64,000 nucleotides of DNA from an uncultured Flavobacteriales bacterium (GCA_964004625.1 CAXFOB010000002.1:510-64509); one strand, 5' to 3'. Positions 48,375 to 58,759 are shown, counted from the stretch's first letter. Made by a program: numbers and translations. Notes: generated from the sequence alone by a model not told the origin.

Positions 48375-50804
48375 TTATTTAGACCTTACTTCTGCACCTA
48401 CTTTGTTTTCGTAGGAAAGAATTAATTTACTCATTACTTTATCAATATATTTATCAGTAAGTGTTTTTGTTTTATCTTCTAGCAGGAAACTAAGAGCGTA
48501 GCTCTTCTTCCCTTTTGGAAGATTGTCTCCTTCATACACGTCAAACAAAGTAACAGACTTTAAAATGTTTTTTTCCGTTTCTTTTGCAATCTGGTTTAGT
48601 TGTTTAAAGCTAATGTTCTTATCTATCAACAAAGACAAATCTCTTTTTACAGATGGAAACTTCGACACCTCTGAATATTTTATCTTAGTATTTAAAACTA
48701 ATTTTAAAATTAAATCCCAGTTAAAGTCAGCATAAAACACCTCTTGTTTTAATCCAAATTTCTTTGCAATTTTCTTATCTACTTTACCGAAACAAACTAA
48801 TCTCTCTTTTTTATATTTATACATTAAAGCTTGCGAAAAACCATAGTTAGATATTTCCTCTGATTTTAATTTGGTAATTCCTAAACGGGATAAAATATGT
48901 TCTACTTTTTCTTTTAAGTTAAAAAAATCTATTTTAGTATTAACATACTTCCAGTTGTCAGATTTCGCTTTACCTATAAGCAACAACATTAAGTGTTGTT
49001 CTTCGGTGTATTCTTCTTCTATTTTGTGGTAGGTTTTACCAAACTCGTATAATTTTAAATCCTGATTTTTTCTATTGATATTGTAAGATATGTTTTCTAA
49101 ACCGGAAAATAACAAGGACTGTCTCATTACATTTAAATCTTGACTAAGAGGATTCAGTAAAGTAATATTTTCTTCTGAGTTTAACTCTTTAATTAAATTA
49201 GTATAATCTCCTTTTGTCAAAGAGTTATTCATTATTTCAGAATATCCGTTACTACTTAATAAATCTGAAATAATATTTCTAACACCTTCAAGATTAACAC
49301 CCTCTGAACACTGAATAGAAGTGTTTAATTTTTTTGGTATTGAAACGGTATTAAATCCGTAAATTCGTAGTATTTCTTCAATTACATCTACTTCTCTTTG
49401 AACATCCGCTCTGTAGAGAGGAACATCTAAAGAAAGTCCATTTTCAGATTGAGATACTATTTTAATTTCTAAATCTTGTAGAATAGATTTTACCACCTCT
49501 CTTTCTATCCTTTCTCCTATTAAACTGTCCATTTTTTGGTAGTTTAACTCTACTCTAAAGTCAGAAATAGGATTAGGATATACATCTACTATTTCTGAGG
49601 AGATTTCTCCTCCCGCTACTTCTTTTATTAATAGAGCAGCTCTTTTTAAGGCATAAACAGTATTGTTTGGATCACAACCTCTCTCAAATCGGAAGGAGGA
49701 ATCGGTATTTAACCCGTGTCTTTTAGATGTCCGCCTGACTGAAACCGGATTGAAGTAAGCACTTTCTAAAAAAATCGAGTTAGTTGAATTAGAAACTCCA
49801 GAATCCGAACCACCAAATACTCCTGCTAAACACATTTCTTCTTTTTCGTTACAAATCATCAAATCTTCAGAAGAAAGTTCTCTTTCTAACTCATCCAGAG
49901 TTGTAAATTTTGCATTATTTTTTGACTTTCGTACAATTACTTTATTTCCATTTATTTTTTCAGTATCAAAAGCATGTAAGGGTTGCCCTGTTTCGTGTAA
50001 TACATAATTGGTAATATCTACTACATTGTTTATTGGCTCTAATCCTATAGATTTTAATCTGTTTTGCAACCAATCAGGTGATTCACTGATTTTGATACCA
50101 GAAATTGAAACTCCTGAATATCTAGGACAGAGTTCAGGATCTTCTACTTCTACTGAAATAGACACATCGGTATTATCTACTTTAAAATCATCTACTTTTG
50201 GTAAGCATATTTCTAGTTCAGAACCTCTGTGATTCAAGACCGCTTTTAAATCTCTTGCTACTCCTATATGTCCCATTGCATCTGAACGATTCGGTGTAAG
50301 TCCTATTTCTAGTACGGTATCATTTTCTATATTAAAATAATCGGAAGCTAACGTACCTACTTCTAACTTATCTGGCAATACCATTATTCCATCAGTCACA
50401 TCTCCAAGACCTAATTCGTCTTCTCCACAAATCATACCCTCTGATATTTTACCTCTAATTTTACTCTTCTTGATTTTAAAAGCTTCATCACCATTATACA
50501 AAATAGTTCCAATAGTAGCAACGGGTACTTTTAGACCCGATTTAACATTAGGAGCTCCACAAACTATTTGTAAATTTTCTTCTTTTCCAATATTTACATT
50601 AGTTAGTTTTAATCTATCTGCATTAGGATGTTGAACACAAGTTATAACTTCACCAATTACTACACCTTTCAGTCCACCTTTTATACTCTCTATTTGACTT
50701 AATCCTTCAACTTCTAAACCAGAATCTGTAAGTAATTCAGATATTTTACCAACTTCTAAATCTAATCTAATATATTGTTTTAACCAATTTAGTGATATTC
50801 TCAT
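48375..50804 (-). CDS. pheT: phenylalanine--tRNA ligase subunit beta
   Basis: MRISLNWLK start, tRNA-binding domain (HPNADRL..C.V), B3/4 and B5 domains, C-terminal FDVY...SYA anticodon-binding-like domain; 809 aa. Confidence 0.95.
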   Translation of the reverse strand: MRISLNWLKQYIRLDLEVGKISELLTDSGLEVEGLSQIESIKGGLKGVVIGEVITCVQHPNADRLKLTNVNIGKEENLQIVCGAPNVKSGLKVPVATIGTILYNGDEAFKIKKSKIRGKISEGMICGEDELGLGDVTDGIMVLPDKLEVGTLASDYFNIENDTVLEIGLTPNRSDAMGHIGVARDLKAVLNHRGSELEICLPKVDDFKVDNTDVSISVEVEDPELCPRYSGVSISGIKISESPDWLQNRLKSIGLEPINNVVDITNYVLHETGQPLHAFDTEKINGNKVIVRKSKNNAKFTTLDELERELSSEDLMICNEKEEMCLAGVFGGSDSGVSNSTNSIFLESAYFNPVSVRRTSKRHGLNTDSSFRFERGCDPNNTVYALKRAALLIKEVAGGEISSEIVDVYPNPISDFRVELNYQKMDSLIGERIEREVVKSILQDLEIKIVSQSENGLSLDVPLYRADVQREVDVIEEILRIYGFNTVSIPKKLNTSIQCSEGVNLEGVRNIISDLLSSNGYSEIMNNSLTKGDYTNLIKELNSEENITLLNPLSQDLNVMRQSLLFSGLENISYNINRKNQDLKLYEFGKTYHKIEEEYTEEQHLMLLLIGKAKSDNWKYVNTKIDFFNLKEKVEHILSRLGITKLKSEEISNYGFSQALMYKYKKERLVCFGKVDKKIAKKFGLKQEVFYADFNWDLILKLVLNTKIKYSEVSKFPSVKRDLSLLIDKNISFKQLNQIAKETEKNILKSVTLFDVYEGDNLPKGKKSYALSFLLEDKTKTLTDKYIDKVMSKLILSYENKVGAEVRSK

Positions 50805-50889
50805 CTTATTGTTTTATATAACTGCTAAAATATAAATTGTTATCGGAATATATGGGTTTAAGTATTTTAAAAATATGTAATTTTAGCAC

Positions 50890-52161
50890 ATGCAAAACAT
50901 TCCCTTAGCAGAACGATTACGACCTGTCTCCATATCAGAACTAATAGGACAAAAACATCTTATTGGAACAGATGCTCCACTATTCAAGCAAATACAGCAA
51001 AAAGTTATTCCTTCTATTATTTTTTGGGGACCTCCAGGAGTAGGTAAAACTACCCTAGCCAATCTTATCGCTAAAGAGCTGAACAGACCTTTTTACACCT
51101 TATCCGCTATAAACTCTGGAGTAAAAGATGTAAGAGAAGTAATACAAAAAGCCTCTTCCTTAGGATTGTTCGGAAAATATATTCCTATCCTATTTATAGA
51201 TGAAATTCACAGATTTAGTAAATCTCAACAAGATTCCCTTTTAGGAGCAGTAGAAAAAGGAATCATTACCCTAATAGGTGCGACTACCGAAAACCCATCT
51301 TTTGAGGTAATATCCGCCCTACTTTCCAGATCTCAAGTTTATGTACTAGAACACTTATCCAAACAAGATTTAACAGATTTATTAGATAGAGCATTAACAG
51401 AAGATGTGAACCTAAAAGAAAAAAATATTACCCTAAAAGAAAGTAATGCTTTACTCCGAATTTCAGGTGGAGATGCAAGAAAACTACTTAATATTTTTGA
51501 TTTGGTGGTATCTTCACAATCCGAAAAGGAAATAGTAATCACAGATGAATTAGTATTAAAAACATCTCAACAAAATATAGCTGATTACGATAAAAATGGA
51601 GAAAATCATTACGATATTGTATCTGCATTTATTAAATCTATAAGAGGATCAGACCCAAATGGATCAGTCTATTGGCTAGCCAGAATGATAGAAGGAGGAG
51701 AAGATGTGAAATTTATTGCTAGAAGATTGATTATATCTGCATCTGAAGATATAGGAAATGCAAACCCAACTGCTTTAGTTATTGCTAATAATTGTTTTCA
51801 GGCAGTATCTGTAATAGGATTTCCAGAAAGTAAAATCATATTATCTCAAACAGCTATTTATTTGGCTTGTAGTCCAAAATCAAATGCATCTTATAACTCT
51901 ATTGGAGCCGCTCAGCAAGAAGTGCAAAAATCTGGAAATCTTTCTGTACCACTACATTTACGAAATTCACCAAGCAAACTTATGAAAGAATTGGGATATG
52001 GAAAAAACTATCTCTATTCTCACGACCATCCAAAAACAGAACAAGAATTTTTACCTGATGAATTAAAAGGAAAAGTATTTTATACGCCTAACAACAATGC
52101 AAAAGAAAATTCGTTTCGTTCTGTATTACAATCCATCTGGAAAGGAAAATATAAATATTAA
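50890..52161 (+). CDS. rarA: replication-associated recombination protein A (MgsA/RarA AAA+ ATPase)
   Basis: PLAERLRP, Walker A GPPGVGKTT, Walker B FIDEIHRF, GATTENPSFE, and the C-terminal YWLARM..GED domain. Confidence 0.9.
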   Translation: MQNIPLAERLRPVSISELIGQKHLIGTDAPLFKQIQQKVIPSIIFWGPPGVGKTTLANLIAKELNRPFYTLSAINSGVKDVREVIQKASSLGLFGKYIPILFIDEIHRFSKSQQDSLLGAVEKGIITLIGATTENPSFEVISALLSRSQVYVLEHLSKQDLTDLLDRALTEDVNLKEKNITLKESNALLRISGGDARKLLNIFDLVVSSQSEKEIVITDELVLKTSQQNIADYDKNGENHYDIVSAFIKSIRGSDPNGSVYWLARMIEGGEDVKFIARRLIISASEDIGNANPTALVIANNCFQAVSVIGFPESKIILSQTAIYLACSPKSNASYNSIGAAQQEVQKSGNLSVPLHLRNSPSKLMKELGYGKNYLYSHDHPKTEQEFLPDELKGKVFYTPNNNAKENSFRSVLQSIWKGKYKY

Positions 52162-52162
52162 C

Positions 52163-52170
52163 TATATTTG
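52163..52170 (+). promoter_or_regulatory. putative -7 promoter box (TATATTTG) for the 52175 lipoprotein operon
   Basis: Exact TAnnTTTG match ending 4 nt before the ATG at 52175 and directly after the rarA stop. This would imply a leaderless transcript. Confidence 0.4.
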
Positions 52171-52174
52171 CTTT

Positions 52175-54223
52175 ATGACAAAATCTTTCTATTTAAGTAT
52201 TCTTACTATACTATTACTTTCTTGTAAACATGACCTAGAAAACCCCAGATGGGAAGTAGACATGATAGTTCCTATTGCTCATTCGGAACTAAGTATCTAT
52301 GACCTTATAGAACAAGATGATAATAATATAAGTATAGATACAAGAAATGACAGCTTAGTTTCATTAGTGTACAGCAGTAATATTCTACAAACAAATTACG
52401 ATAGTTTATTAGATATTAAATCTACTACAGAAGAAAAAAGATTCCGAATAGATTCTGTACAATTTGATGATGTAGTAATAGAACACAAAACTACTATTGG
52501 AAGTGTTATTTCTCAAATCCCATTTGGAAATACACTTTTCCCTGATGGAAGTCAAAGGGATATTCCTGCAATTCTTGGGGTGATTCAAAATGACAGTATA
52601 GATATCGATGCAAGTGAATATTTTCAGACTATGACTCTATATAGCGGTATGATGAATCTGGAAATTACAAATGAATTCCCTACCGCAATCTCTAACATGA
52701 CACTTTTATTATACAATTCTATCAATCAAAACCTAATTGCAAGTTATAATATTTCTAAAATTGAAAGTGGAGAGAGTTATACTGAAAGTATTTCTGTTGC
52801 TAATCAAACACTAGATTATCTCATGATTGGACTAATAAATAATATAGATGTAGAAGCAAGTGGAGGGCTTGTACCAATAAATTATACTGATGCTATTAGC
52901 ACAAAAATATCTATAACTGACATACAGATAATGGAAGCTACAGCTTACTTCCCTGACCAATTGTTACATCAAGAAATTGTAGAACAATCCTTTAATGTAG
53001 GAACTGCAAGATTAACCGAACTTGGAATAAAACAAGGGTCTGTATCCATTGTAGCCTCTAGTAGTTTACCTGACACCATCAGTATAATTTACTCTATACC
53101 TTCACTAACAAAAAATGGCATTCCTTTTGAGACTCTTGTAAAAATACCACCAAATATAAATACTATACCCACTACATTATCCTTTAATTTTGATGAATAC
53201 ATTATGAAACTTACTGGTAAAGATGGGAGAATTGGTGGAGACACTGTCAATACAATCTACTCGGAAATGTATATTTACCTAGATTCTACTGGGGAATTAG
53301 AAACCATTCATCAAGTAGACAGTTTTAATCTAATCAATGTGTTTAACATAGTGCCAGAATATGCAAAAGGATATCTTGGCCAGGATACGTTAATATTAGG
53401 ACCTGAGGTAAAACACACTTCTGTTTTTGAAGATATAACATCAGGATCAATAGATTTAGAAGAAGCGACAATTTCTTTAAAAATTGAAAATTTTGTTGGT
53501 GCGGATGCTAGTATTAGTTTTAATCAGTTTAGCACAGATAATACTAATGACAATCTTCCTTTAGTGTCTGCAACTACGGATAATTCTGGAAATAATATTA
53601 TTAATTATCCTTATGAAATAAATAGAGCTATTTTAAACAATACTATTATTACACCTACAAATTGTATTATTAGTTTAGAAGCTTCAGAAATGGTAGAAAT
53701 ATTACCAAATCAAACAACAGTCGCTGCAACTATTATACTTAATCCCAATGGAGAACAAGAAGTTGAAGATTTCTTATATATAGAACATCCTATCTCAGCT
53801 AATTTAGATGCTAGTATTCCATTATCTTTTATTGCTAACAACTTAACTCTCAGCAAAACAATTGATACAGATTTATACAATAATTCTGAAAAAGAAATTG
53901 AAGAATTATTTATTAATTTAGAGAATGGATTACCCCTATCTGCAAACATTGATATTATTCTGTTAGATCAATACAACAACTATATTGATACACTAATAGA
54001 AAACATAAATATTAATTCTGCAATCACTAATAACAACATCGTAATTTCAAGTAGTAATAATACTATAAGTATAAAAAACATTAATTATAATAATGTGGGG
54101 AAAGTGAAATTTATTGCTTCATTTAAAAGTTCATCTCTGACAGAGCATGTAGATATTTATAGTTATTATAATTTAAAACTTAATCTATCGGCTAGATTTA
54201 AACAGATAATAGGTGAACAATGA
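52175..54223 (+). CDS. large hypothetical lipoprotein
   Basis: The ATG at 52175 gives MTKSFYLSILTILLLSC (lipobox), whereas the track start at 52097 lies inside rarA. The 682-aa protein is Asn/Ile/Ser-rich with no recognised domain. Confidence 0.6.
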   Translation: MTKSFYLSILTILLLSCKHDLENPRWEVDMIVPIAHSELSIYDLIEQDDNNISIDTRNDSLVSLVYSSNILQTNYDSLLDIKSTTEEKRFRIDSVQFDDVVIEHKTTIGSVISQIPFGNTLFPDGSQRDIPAILGVIQNDSIDIDASEYFQTMTLYSGMMNLEITNEFPTAISNMTLLLYNSINQNLIASYNISKIESGESYTESISVANQTLDYLMIGLINNIDVEASGGLVPINYTDAISTKISITDIQIMEATAYFPDQLLHQEIVEQSFNVGTARLTELGIKQGSVSIVASSSLPDTISIIYSIPSLTKNGIPFETLVKIPPNINTIPTTLSFNFDEYIMKLTGKDGRIGGDTVNTIYSEMYIYLDSTGELETIHQVDSFNLINVFNIVPEYAKGYLGQDTLILGPEVKHTSVFEDITSGSIDLEEATISLKIENFVGADASISFNQFSTDNTNDNLPLVSATTDNSGNNIINYPYEINRAILNNTIITPTNCIISLEASEMVEILPNQTTVAATIILNPNGEQEVEDFLYIEHPISANLDASIPLSFIANNLTLSKTIDTDLYNNSEKEIEELFINLENGLPLSANIDIILLDQYNNYIDTLIENININSAITNNNIVISSSNNTISIKNINYNNVGKVKFIASFKSSSLTEHVDIYSYYNLKLNLSARFKQIIGEQ

Positions 54224-55479
54224 AGAGAATAACCTTATATATATTCATAAGTGTTTCATTACTTTCTTATAGTCAAGAAGAAATGGTATTACCTAAAATC
54301 AAACAAAATACTATTGGTTTTTGTTCTTACATTTCTATTCAATCAGATGATTTAAACACTAACTTTTTAAACACTATGTTGTATGGGGGTTTTATCACAA
54401 ATAGCATGAAAGATAATTGGATAAATAGTGGTGATGAGGATAATCGTCTAAATGCTGAAATTATAAACGGATTCAATTATAATTTTAGAAATCAAAATAA
54501 TAGTATTTTATATCTACAGATTACGGATGTTAATAATTTGAACTCTAGTTTTAAAGACGATCTATTAAAACTTACTTTTCATGGAAATTTCGACTATCAA
54601 GGAGATACCCTTGATTTTTCAGAAACTATAATTAGGATAGACCGATACCAACAATATAAACTTGGATATAATTTTCATCTATTTACAAACAATATTAAGT
54701 GGAATATAAATACCGCTATCTCCTACCTAAACGGAAACCGTCATGCACAATTAAATATAGATAATGGAAGTTTGTATACTGGAGAGGAAGGAACTTCTTT
54801 AGATATAAATTATGATATAAACACAATGATGACCGACACTTCTAATCTATCTCCATTTGCAGGAAACGGAAAAGGAATTGCTATGGATTTTTCATTGGAA
54901 TTGTTAGATGTAGAGAATAATACTTTTGGAATACAAATAAGAGATTTAGGATTTATTAAGTGGAATACAAATTCTATAATTAATAATACAGATAGTAACT
55001 TTATCTTTTCCGGCTTAGAGATTGATGAATTTAATAATTTACCCGAATTTAATGATTCTATTTTAGACATCTCATTTATAGAGAAAAACTCTACATTCCG
55101 ATCGTTTATACCTGCAAAAATAACTCTTAGTTATAATAAATTATTAAATCATAATATATTTAAAAGTATATGGTTTGCTACACATAGTAGATGGCAACCT
55201 TATTATGTAAAAGGAGGTATTGATATTGATTTATTTAATAGAGGATTGGAAGAGTCGGGATATAAAAGCAGCTTAAATGTAATAACAAATATAGATGCAA
55301 GACTATTTTATACAGCTATAGGATTTATTAGAGGTGGGTTTACTGATAAAACAGATTTATACTTTAGTATTAGCGACAAAAAAGGAAATTTTAAATTAGG
55401 GACATATCATCTAAATGAATTTTTTAATAATGAGAAAAGTTCCGCATCTATATATTTTACACTAACAACACGTTTTTAA
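54220..55479 (+). CDS. hypothetical secreted / outer-membrane-like protein
   Basis: Signal peptide (LLSYSQ) and a beta-rich sequence ending in aromatic ...IYFTLTTRF, typical of OM barrels. It shares an ATGA overlap with the upstream lipoprotein gene. Confidence 0.55.
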   Translation: MKRITLYIFISVSLLSYSQEEMVLPKIKQNTIGFCSYISIQSDDLNTNFLNTMLYGGFITNSMKDNWINSGDEDNRLNAEIINGFNYNFRNQNNSILYLQITDVNNLNSSFKDDLLKLTFHGNFDYQGDTLDFSETIIRIDRYQQYKLGYNFHLFTNNIKWNINTAISYLNGNRHAQLNIDNGSLYTGEEGTSLDINYDINTMMTDTSNLSPFAGNGKGIAMDFSLELLDVENNTFGIQIRDLGFIKWNTNSIINNTDSNFIFSGLEIDEFNNLPEFNDSILDISFIEKNSTFRSFIPAKITLSYNKLLNHNIFKSIWFATHSRWQPYYVKGGIDIDLFNRGLEESGYKSSLNVITNIDARLFYTAIGFIRGGFTDKTDLYFSISDKKGNFKLGTYHLNEFFNNEKSSASIYFTLTTRF

Positions 55480-55480
55480 T

Positions 55481-56290
55481 ATGCTAGCAAAAATTAATAA
55501 TTTACAACATAACAATAGTGGAAACTTCTTTCTAATATCTGGACCTTGCGCTATTGAAGGAGAAGAAATGGCTTTTAAAATTGCAGAACAAATCTTAACT
55601 ATCTGTAATAGACTACAAATACCTTTTATTTTTAAAGGAAGTTATCGAAAAGCAAATCGTAGTAGACTAGATTCCTTTACAGGTATTGGAGATATAGAAG
55701 CGCTTTCTATCCTGAAAAAAGTGGGAGAGAAATATAACATTCCAACTCTTACGGATATTCATTCTGAAAAAGAAGCAGAAATGGCAGCAAACTATGTAGA
55801 TGTACTACAAATTCCCGCTTTCTTGTGTAGACAAACAGATATATTAGTTGCAGCTGCACAAACAGGAAAAGTAGTGAATATTAAAAAAGGACAATTTCTT
55901 TCTCCGGAAAGCATGGAACATGTTGTAGATAAAATAACTAAAAGTGGAAATAACACCATTATGATTACAGACAGAGGAACTATGTTTGGATACCAAGATA
56001 TGATAGTAGATTTTCGAGGAGTTCCAACCATGAAGAAATTTGGATTTCCTTTAATAATGGACGTAACACACAGCTTACAACAACCTAATCAAAACAGTGG
56101 TATAACTGCAGGTAAGCCTGAAATGATAGAAACTATTGCAAAAGCAGCAATTGCAACTGGAGTAGATGGTATATTTTTGGAAACACACTCTAATATAAAA
56201 CAAGCAAAATCGGATGGTGCAAATATGTTAGAGTTAAATAAACTAGAAGAATTACTTACTAAATTAGTAAGAATAAGAAAAGCTCTTTAA
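55481..56290 (+). CDS. kdsA: 3-deoxy-8-phosphooctulonate (KDO-8-P) synthase
   Basis: GPCAIE, FKGSYRKANRSS-type block, LQIPAFLCRQTD, DVTHSLQ, and typical length. Confidence 0.9.
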   Translation: MLAKINNLQHNNSGNFFLISGPCAIEGEEMAFKIAEQILTICNRLQIPFIFKGSYRKANRSRLDSFTGIGDIEALSILKKVGEKYNIPTLTDIHSEKEAEMAANYVDVLQIPAFLCRQTDILVAAAQTGKVVNIKKGQFLSPESMEHVVDKITKSGNNTIMITDRGTMFGYQDMIVDFRGVPTMKKFGFPLIMDVTHSLQQPNQNSGITAGKPEMIETIAKAAIATGVDGIFLETHSNIKQAKSDGANMLELNKLEELLTKLVRIRKAL

Positions 56291-57597
56291 TTTACTAACT
56301 CTCCATAAAGGTCGTAATGATCAGCTTTTGTAATTTTAACATCTGCAAAATCTCCTATTCTTACATAAAAGTCATTTGCATTTACTATGACTTCATTATC
56401 TACATCTGGTGAATCGAATTCTGTTCTACCAATAAAGTAATCCCCTTCTTTTCTATCAAAAAGAACCTTATAAGTTTCTCCTATTCTTTGCTGATTCATT
56501 TCATAGGAAATGGAAGATTGCAAATCCATAACTTCCTCTGCTCTTTGATGTTTCACTTCCTCTGATACATCATCCTCTAATTTATGAGCATGAGTATTTT
56601 CTTCATGAGAATAGGTAAATACCCCAAGTCTGTCAAATTTACTTTCTTGAACAAAATCTAATAATTCCTGAAATTCTTTTTCGGTCTCTCCTGGATAACC
56701 AACAATTAATGAGGTTCTGATACTTATACCCGGAACATCCATTCTAAATTTTTTAAGTAAATTTTTAGTCTTTTCCGTTGTAGTACCTCTCCTCATAGAT
56801 TTTAGTAAATTATCCGAGATATGCTGAAGAGGAATATCTATATAAGTACATACTTTAGGATTGTTTTTTATCACATCCAAAACATCTTCTGGAAATGCAG
56901 TTGGAAAGGTATAATGTATTCTAATCCACTCTATCCCTTCTACTTCCGAAAGTTTAGTCATTAATTCTGCTAGTTTCCTTTCTTTGTATAAATCAAGACC
57001 ATAATACGTTAAATCTTGTGCAATAAGGATTAGTTCTTTCACTCCTTTTGCAGCAAGCTTTACTGATTCCATTACTAAATTTTCTATTGATGTAGACTTA
57101 TGCCCTCCTCTCATTAGTGGTATCGCACAAAACGAACACTTTCTGTCACAACCTTCTGAAATTTTTAAATAAGAATAATGGGATGGAGTTGTTGTTAATC
57201 TCTCTCCTACTAGTTCTTGTTTGTAATCTGCACCTAAAGCTTTTAATAATCTTGGTAAATCCCTAGTGCCGAAAAACTCATCTACATTAGACATTTCTTT
57301 CTCCAAATCTGGCTTATATCGTTCTGACAAACATCCAGTAACAAATAGTTTTTCTATCTCTCCGTTTTCTTTTCTTTGTATCTGTTCTAAAATAGTATTT
57401 ACCGACTCTTCCTTTGCATTATCAATAAATCCACACGTATTTACAACTACAATATTTGCTAGTTCGGTAGTTTCATGTTTTACATCTAACTTATTAGCTT
57501 TTAACTGTCCCATTAACACCTCAGAATCATACATATTTTTAGAACAACCTAAGGTTATTACATTTATCTTATTTTTCTTTCTACTCCTAGCTCTCAT
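56287..57597 (-). CDS. rimO: ribosomal protein S12 methylthiotransferase RimO
   Basis: UPF0004 N-domain (TLGCSKN), the radical SAM CxxxCxxC (CDRKCSFC), and a C-terminal TRAM domain. Confidence 0.9.
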   Translation of the reverse strand: MRARSRKKNKINVITLGCSKNMYDSEVLMGQLKANKLDVKHETTELANIVVVNTCGFIDNAKEESVNTILEQIQRKENGEIEKLFVTGCLSERYKPDLEKEMSNVDEFFGTRDLPRLLKALGADYKQELVGERLTTTPSHYSYLKISEGCDRKCSFCAIPLMRGGHKSTSIENLVMESVKLAAKGVKELILIAQDLTYYGLDLYKERKLAELMTKLSEVEGIEWIRIHYTFPTAFPEDVLDVIKNNPKVCTYIDIPLQHISDNLLKSMRRGTTTEKTKNLLKKFRMDVPGISIRTSLIVGYPGETEKEFQELLDFVQESKFDRLGVFTYSHEENTHAHKLEDDVSEEVKHQRAEEVMDLQSSISYEMNQQRIGETYKVLFDRKEGDYFIGRTEFDSPDVDNEVIVNANDFYVRIGDFADVKITKADHYDLYGELVN

Positions 57598-58530
57598 CTA
57601 ATTAAATAAAGAATCTACAAATTCTGTTTTATTAAACTGCTGAAGATCTTCCATACTCTCTCCAACTCCAATATACCTAACTGGAATCTGAAATTGATCC
57701 GAAATACCAATAACCACTCCTCCTTTTGCAGTACCATCAAGTTTAGTAAGTGCTATTGAATTAACCTCTGTAGCAGCAGTAAATTGCGTAGCTTGTTCTA
57801 TAGCATTTTGTCCGGTAGAAGCATCCAAAACTAACATTACATCATGAGGAGTATTAGGTATTACTTTTTGCATAACGTTCCTAATTTTACCTAATTCTCT
57901 CATAAGGTTCACATTATTGTGTAATCTACCTGCCGTATCAATAATCACTACATCTGCATTGTTTGCCTTCGCAGATTGAAGAGTATCAAAAGCAACAGAT
58001 GCAGGATCAGAACCCATATCTTGTTTTACAATATCAACTCCTACTCTTTCTGACCAAATAACTAATTGATCGACTGCTGCAGCTCTAAAAGTATCAGAAG
58101 CTCCTAAAACTACTTTTTTTCCGGCTTTTTTAAATTGATGAGCAAGTTTACCAATTGTAGTTGTTTTACCCACTCCATTAACACCAACTACCATTATCAC
58201 ATAAGGTCCATCAACTTCTGGTAATTCATCATAAGTATCGTGCATTAAAGAAGAAATCTCCTGTTTAAGGAAATTATTTAACTCTGTAGAATTTAAATAT
58301 TTATCTCTAGATACTCTTTCTTCTAGTTTTTCTATTATTTTAAGGGTTGTTTCTACGCCTATATCAGAAGATATTAACGCTTCTTCAATGTCATCAAGTA
58401 CTAGTTCATCAATAACAGACTTACCAGCAACAGCTCTAGACAACTTTCCAAAAACATTTTCCTTTGTTTTCTCTAGTCCTTGGTCTAGTTTTTCTTTTTT
58501 ATCTTTTGAAAAGAATCCAAATATTCCCAT
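57598..58530 (-). CDS. ftsY: signal recognition particle receptor FtsY
   Basis: NG domain: GVNGVGKTTT, DTFRAAA, DTAGR, TKLDGTAKGG. Confidence 0.9.
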   Translation of the reverse strand: MGIFGFFSKDKKEKLDQGLEKTKENVFGKLSRAVAGKSVIDELVLDDIEEALISSDIGVETTLKIIEKLEERVSRDKYLNSTELNNFLKQEISSLMHDTYDELPEVDGPYVIMVVGVNGVGKTTTIGKLAHQFKKAGKKVVLGASDTFRAAAVDQLVIWSERVGVDIVKQDMGSDPASVAFDTLQSAKANNADVVIIDTAGRLHNNVNLMRELGKIRNVMQKVIPNTPHDVMLVLDASTGQNAIEQATQFTAATEVNSIALTKLDGTAKGGVVIGISDQFQIPVRYIGVGESMEDLQQFNKTEFVDSLFN

Positions 58531-58544
58531 AGTTTATAAATAGA

Positions 58545-58578
58545 AAAAGCTTCTTTCGGTTAAATGAAAGAAGCTTTT
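58545..58578 (-). terminator. intrinsic terminator after the rpmG-DUF4295 pair
   Basis: Perfect 13-bp inverted repeat AAAAGCTTCTTTC-n8-GAAAGAAGCTTTT, followed on the minus transcript by TCTATTT. It lies 23 nt past the DUF4295 stop. Confidence 0.65.
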
Positions 58579-58600
58579 AGATTATTAGTTTATTAAAAGA

Positions 58601-58753
58601 TTATTTCTTAGAGAAAAAATCGTTTACTTTATCTTTTGGTACAATTTCAGACTTAAAAGAGTAAGAACCGTTTTCGTTCTTAACCATTTTTACTGCCTTT
58701 GTAAAAGCTTTCGCTCCTTTCTTTTGTAATGATGCTACTGTCTTTTTTGCCAT
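58601..58753 (-). CDS. DUF4295-family small protein (50 aa), absent from the ORF track
   Basis: My own translation: MAKKTVASLQKKGAKAFTKAVKMVKNENGSYSFKSEIVPKDKVNDFFSKK. It has the pattern and the position (6 nt downstream of rpmG) typical of the Bacteroidota DUF4295 gene. Confidence 0.7.
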   Translation of the reverse strand: MAKKTVASLQKKGAKAFTKAVKMVKNENGSYSFKSEIVPKDKVNDFFSKK

Positions 58754-58759
58754 TGTTTC

